A DNA stretch of 64,000 nt, taken from contig NC_045697.1 of NCBI RefSeq assembly GCF_009834535.1, positions 13,952,001 to 14,016,000 of the forward strand, given 5' to 3'. Below the pieces are notes generated by a model. That model worked only from the letters and a program-made list of their open reading frames with translations, had not been told where the DNA came from and made no database searches. The DNA is from Camelus ferus (taxonomy: Eukaryota). The position numbers and the translations under genes were made by a program. This document shows, one piece after another, positions 63,665-64,000 of this stretch; position 1 is the stretch's first letter, and each line of letters begins with the position of its first letter.

Positions 63665-64000
63665 AAAAATTCCAAAGCCAGATGTCTTCACTGGCAAACC
63701 CTACCAACCTTTATTGAGGAAATAATGTCAAATCTACATAGCCTTTTCCAGAAAATAGAAGAGGAGAGAGTGTTTCCAAACACATATGATAACAAAATCA
63801 GACAATTTCATTACAAAGAAAGCTGCAATCCAGTATCCCTGATGAACATAAGTACACAATTCCTTTTCAAAAAATTTAATTACTATAGCAATAAATGAAA
63901 AGAGCAATACATCATGACCAAGTGGCGTTTATCCCAGGAACGCAAGGTGGTTTTAAATTTTGAGAAATCAGTCATTACATTTTAACACATTAACAGATTT
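63665..64000 (+). mobile_element. Old LINE-1 ORF2 (start of RT region), runs off the window
   Basis: 'ccagatgtcttcactgg' (PDGFTG-like), 'ttccagaaaatagaagagg', 'catcatgaccaagtggcgtttatcccagga' (HHDQVGFIPG-like). Confidence 0.82.

Noticed and set aside
1..64000. CRISPR arrays, operons, rRNA/tRNA/snRNA genes, known miRNAs, processed pseudogenes
   Set aside because: No repeat-spacer arrays, no gene-dense coding DNA and no sequence recognised as these classes; an Infernal/Rfam and BLASTX search would be needed to exclude them formally

Overview
AT-rich eutherian (mammalian) genomic DNA with no recognisable intact protein-coding gene, RNA gene or prokaryote-type system. Every long ORF in the track is either chance or derived from LINE-1 or microsatellite sequence. 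The window reads as intronic or intergenic DNA carrying old interspersed repeats (L1, L2, MIR, L3/CR1, MaLR and ERV1 solo LTRs, hAT and Tigger DNA transposons), separated by repeat-poor blocks (about 32.3-40 kb and 43.4-47.5 kb) that look constrained. No Alu, B1/B2, Can-SINE, ERE or Bov/CHR SINE was seen, and the L1 and LTR sequences resemble laurasiatherian ones, possibly camelid (inference). The most notable items are: (1) a TSD-bounded 2.7-kb L1 lacking endonuclease and RT (half-L1-like), nested in a MER58; (2) an older 2.3-kb L1 whose 5' UTR is joined straight to mid-ORF2 at a splice-like CAG|G junction; (3) a young 148-bp internal L1 ORF2 fragment bounded by TTAATT; (4) a candidate alternative terminal exon (tandem in-frame acceptors, ...MAMIDGTTV*) near a YCAY cluster, plus a hairpin covering a 5' splice site. 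Repeat families were called by eye from remembered consensus sequences, so subfamily names and boundaries are approximate. The host gene could not be identified.
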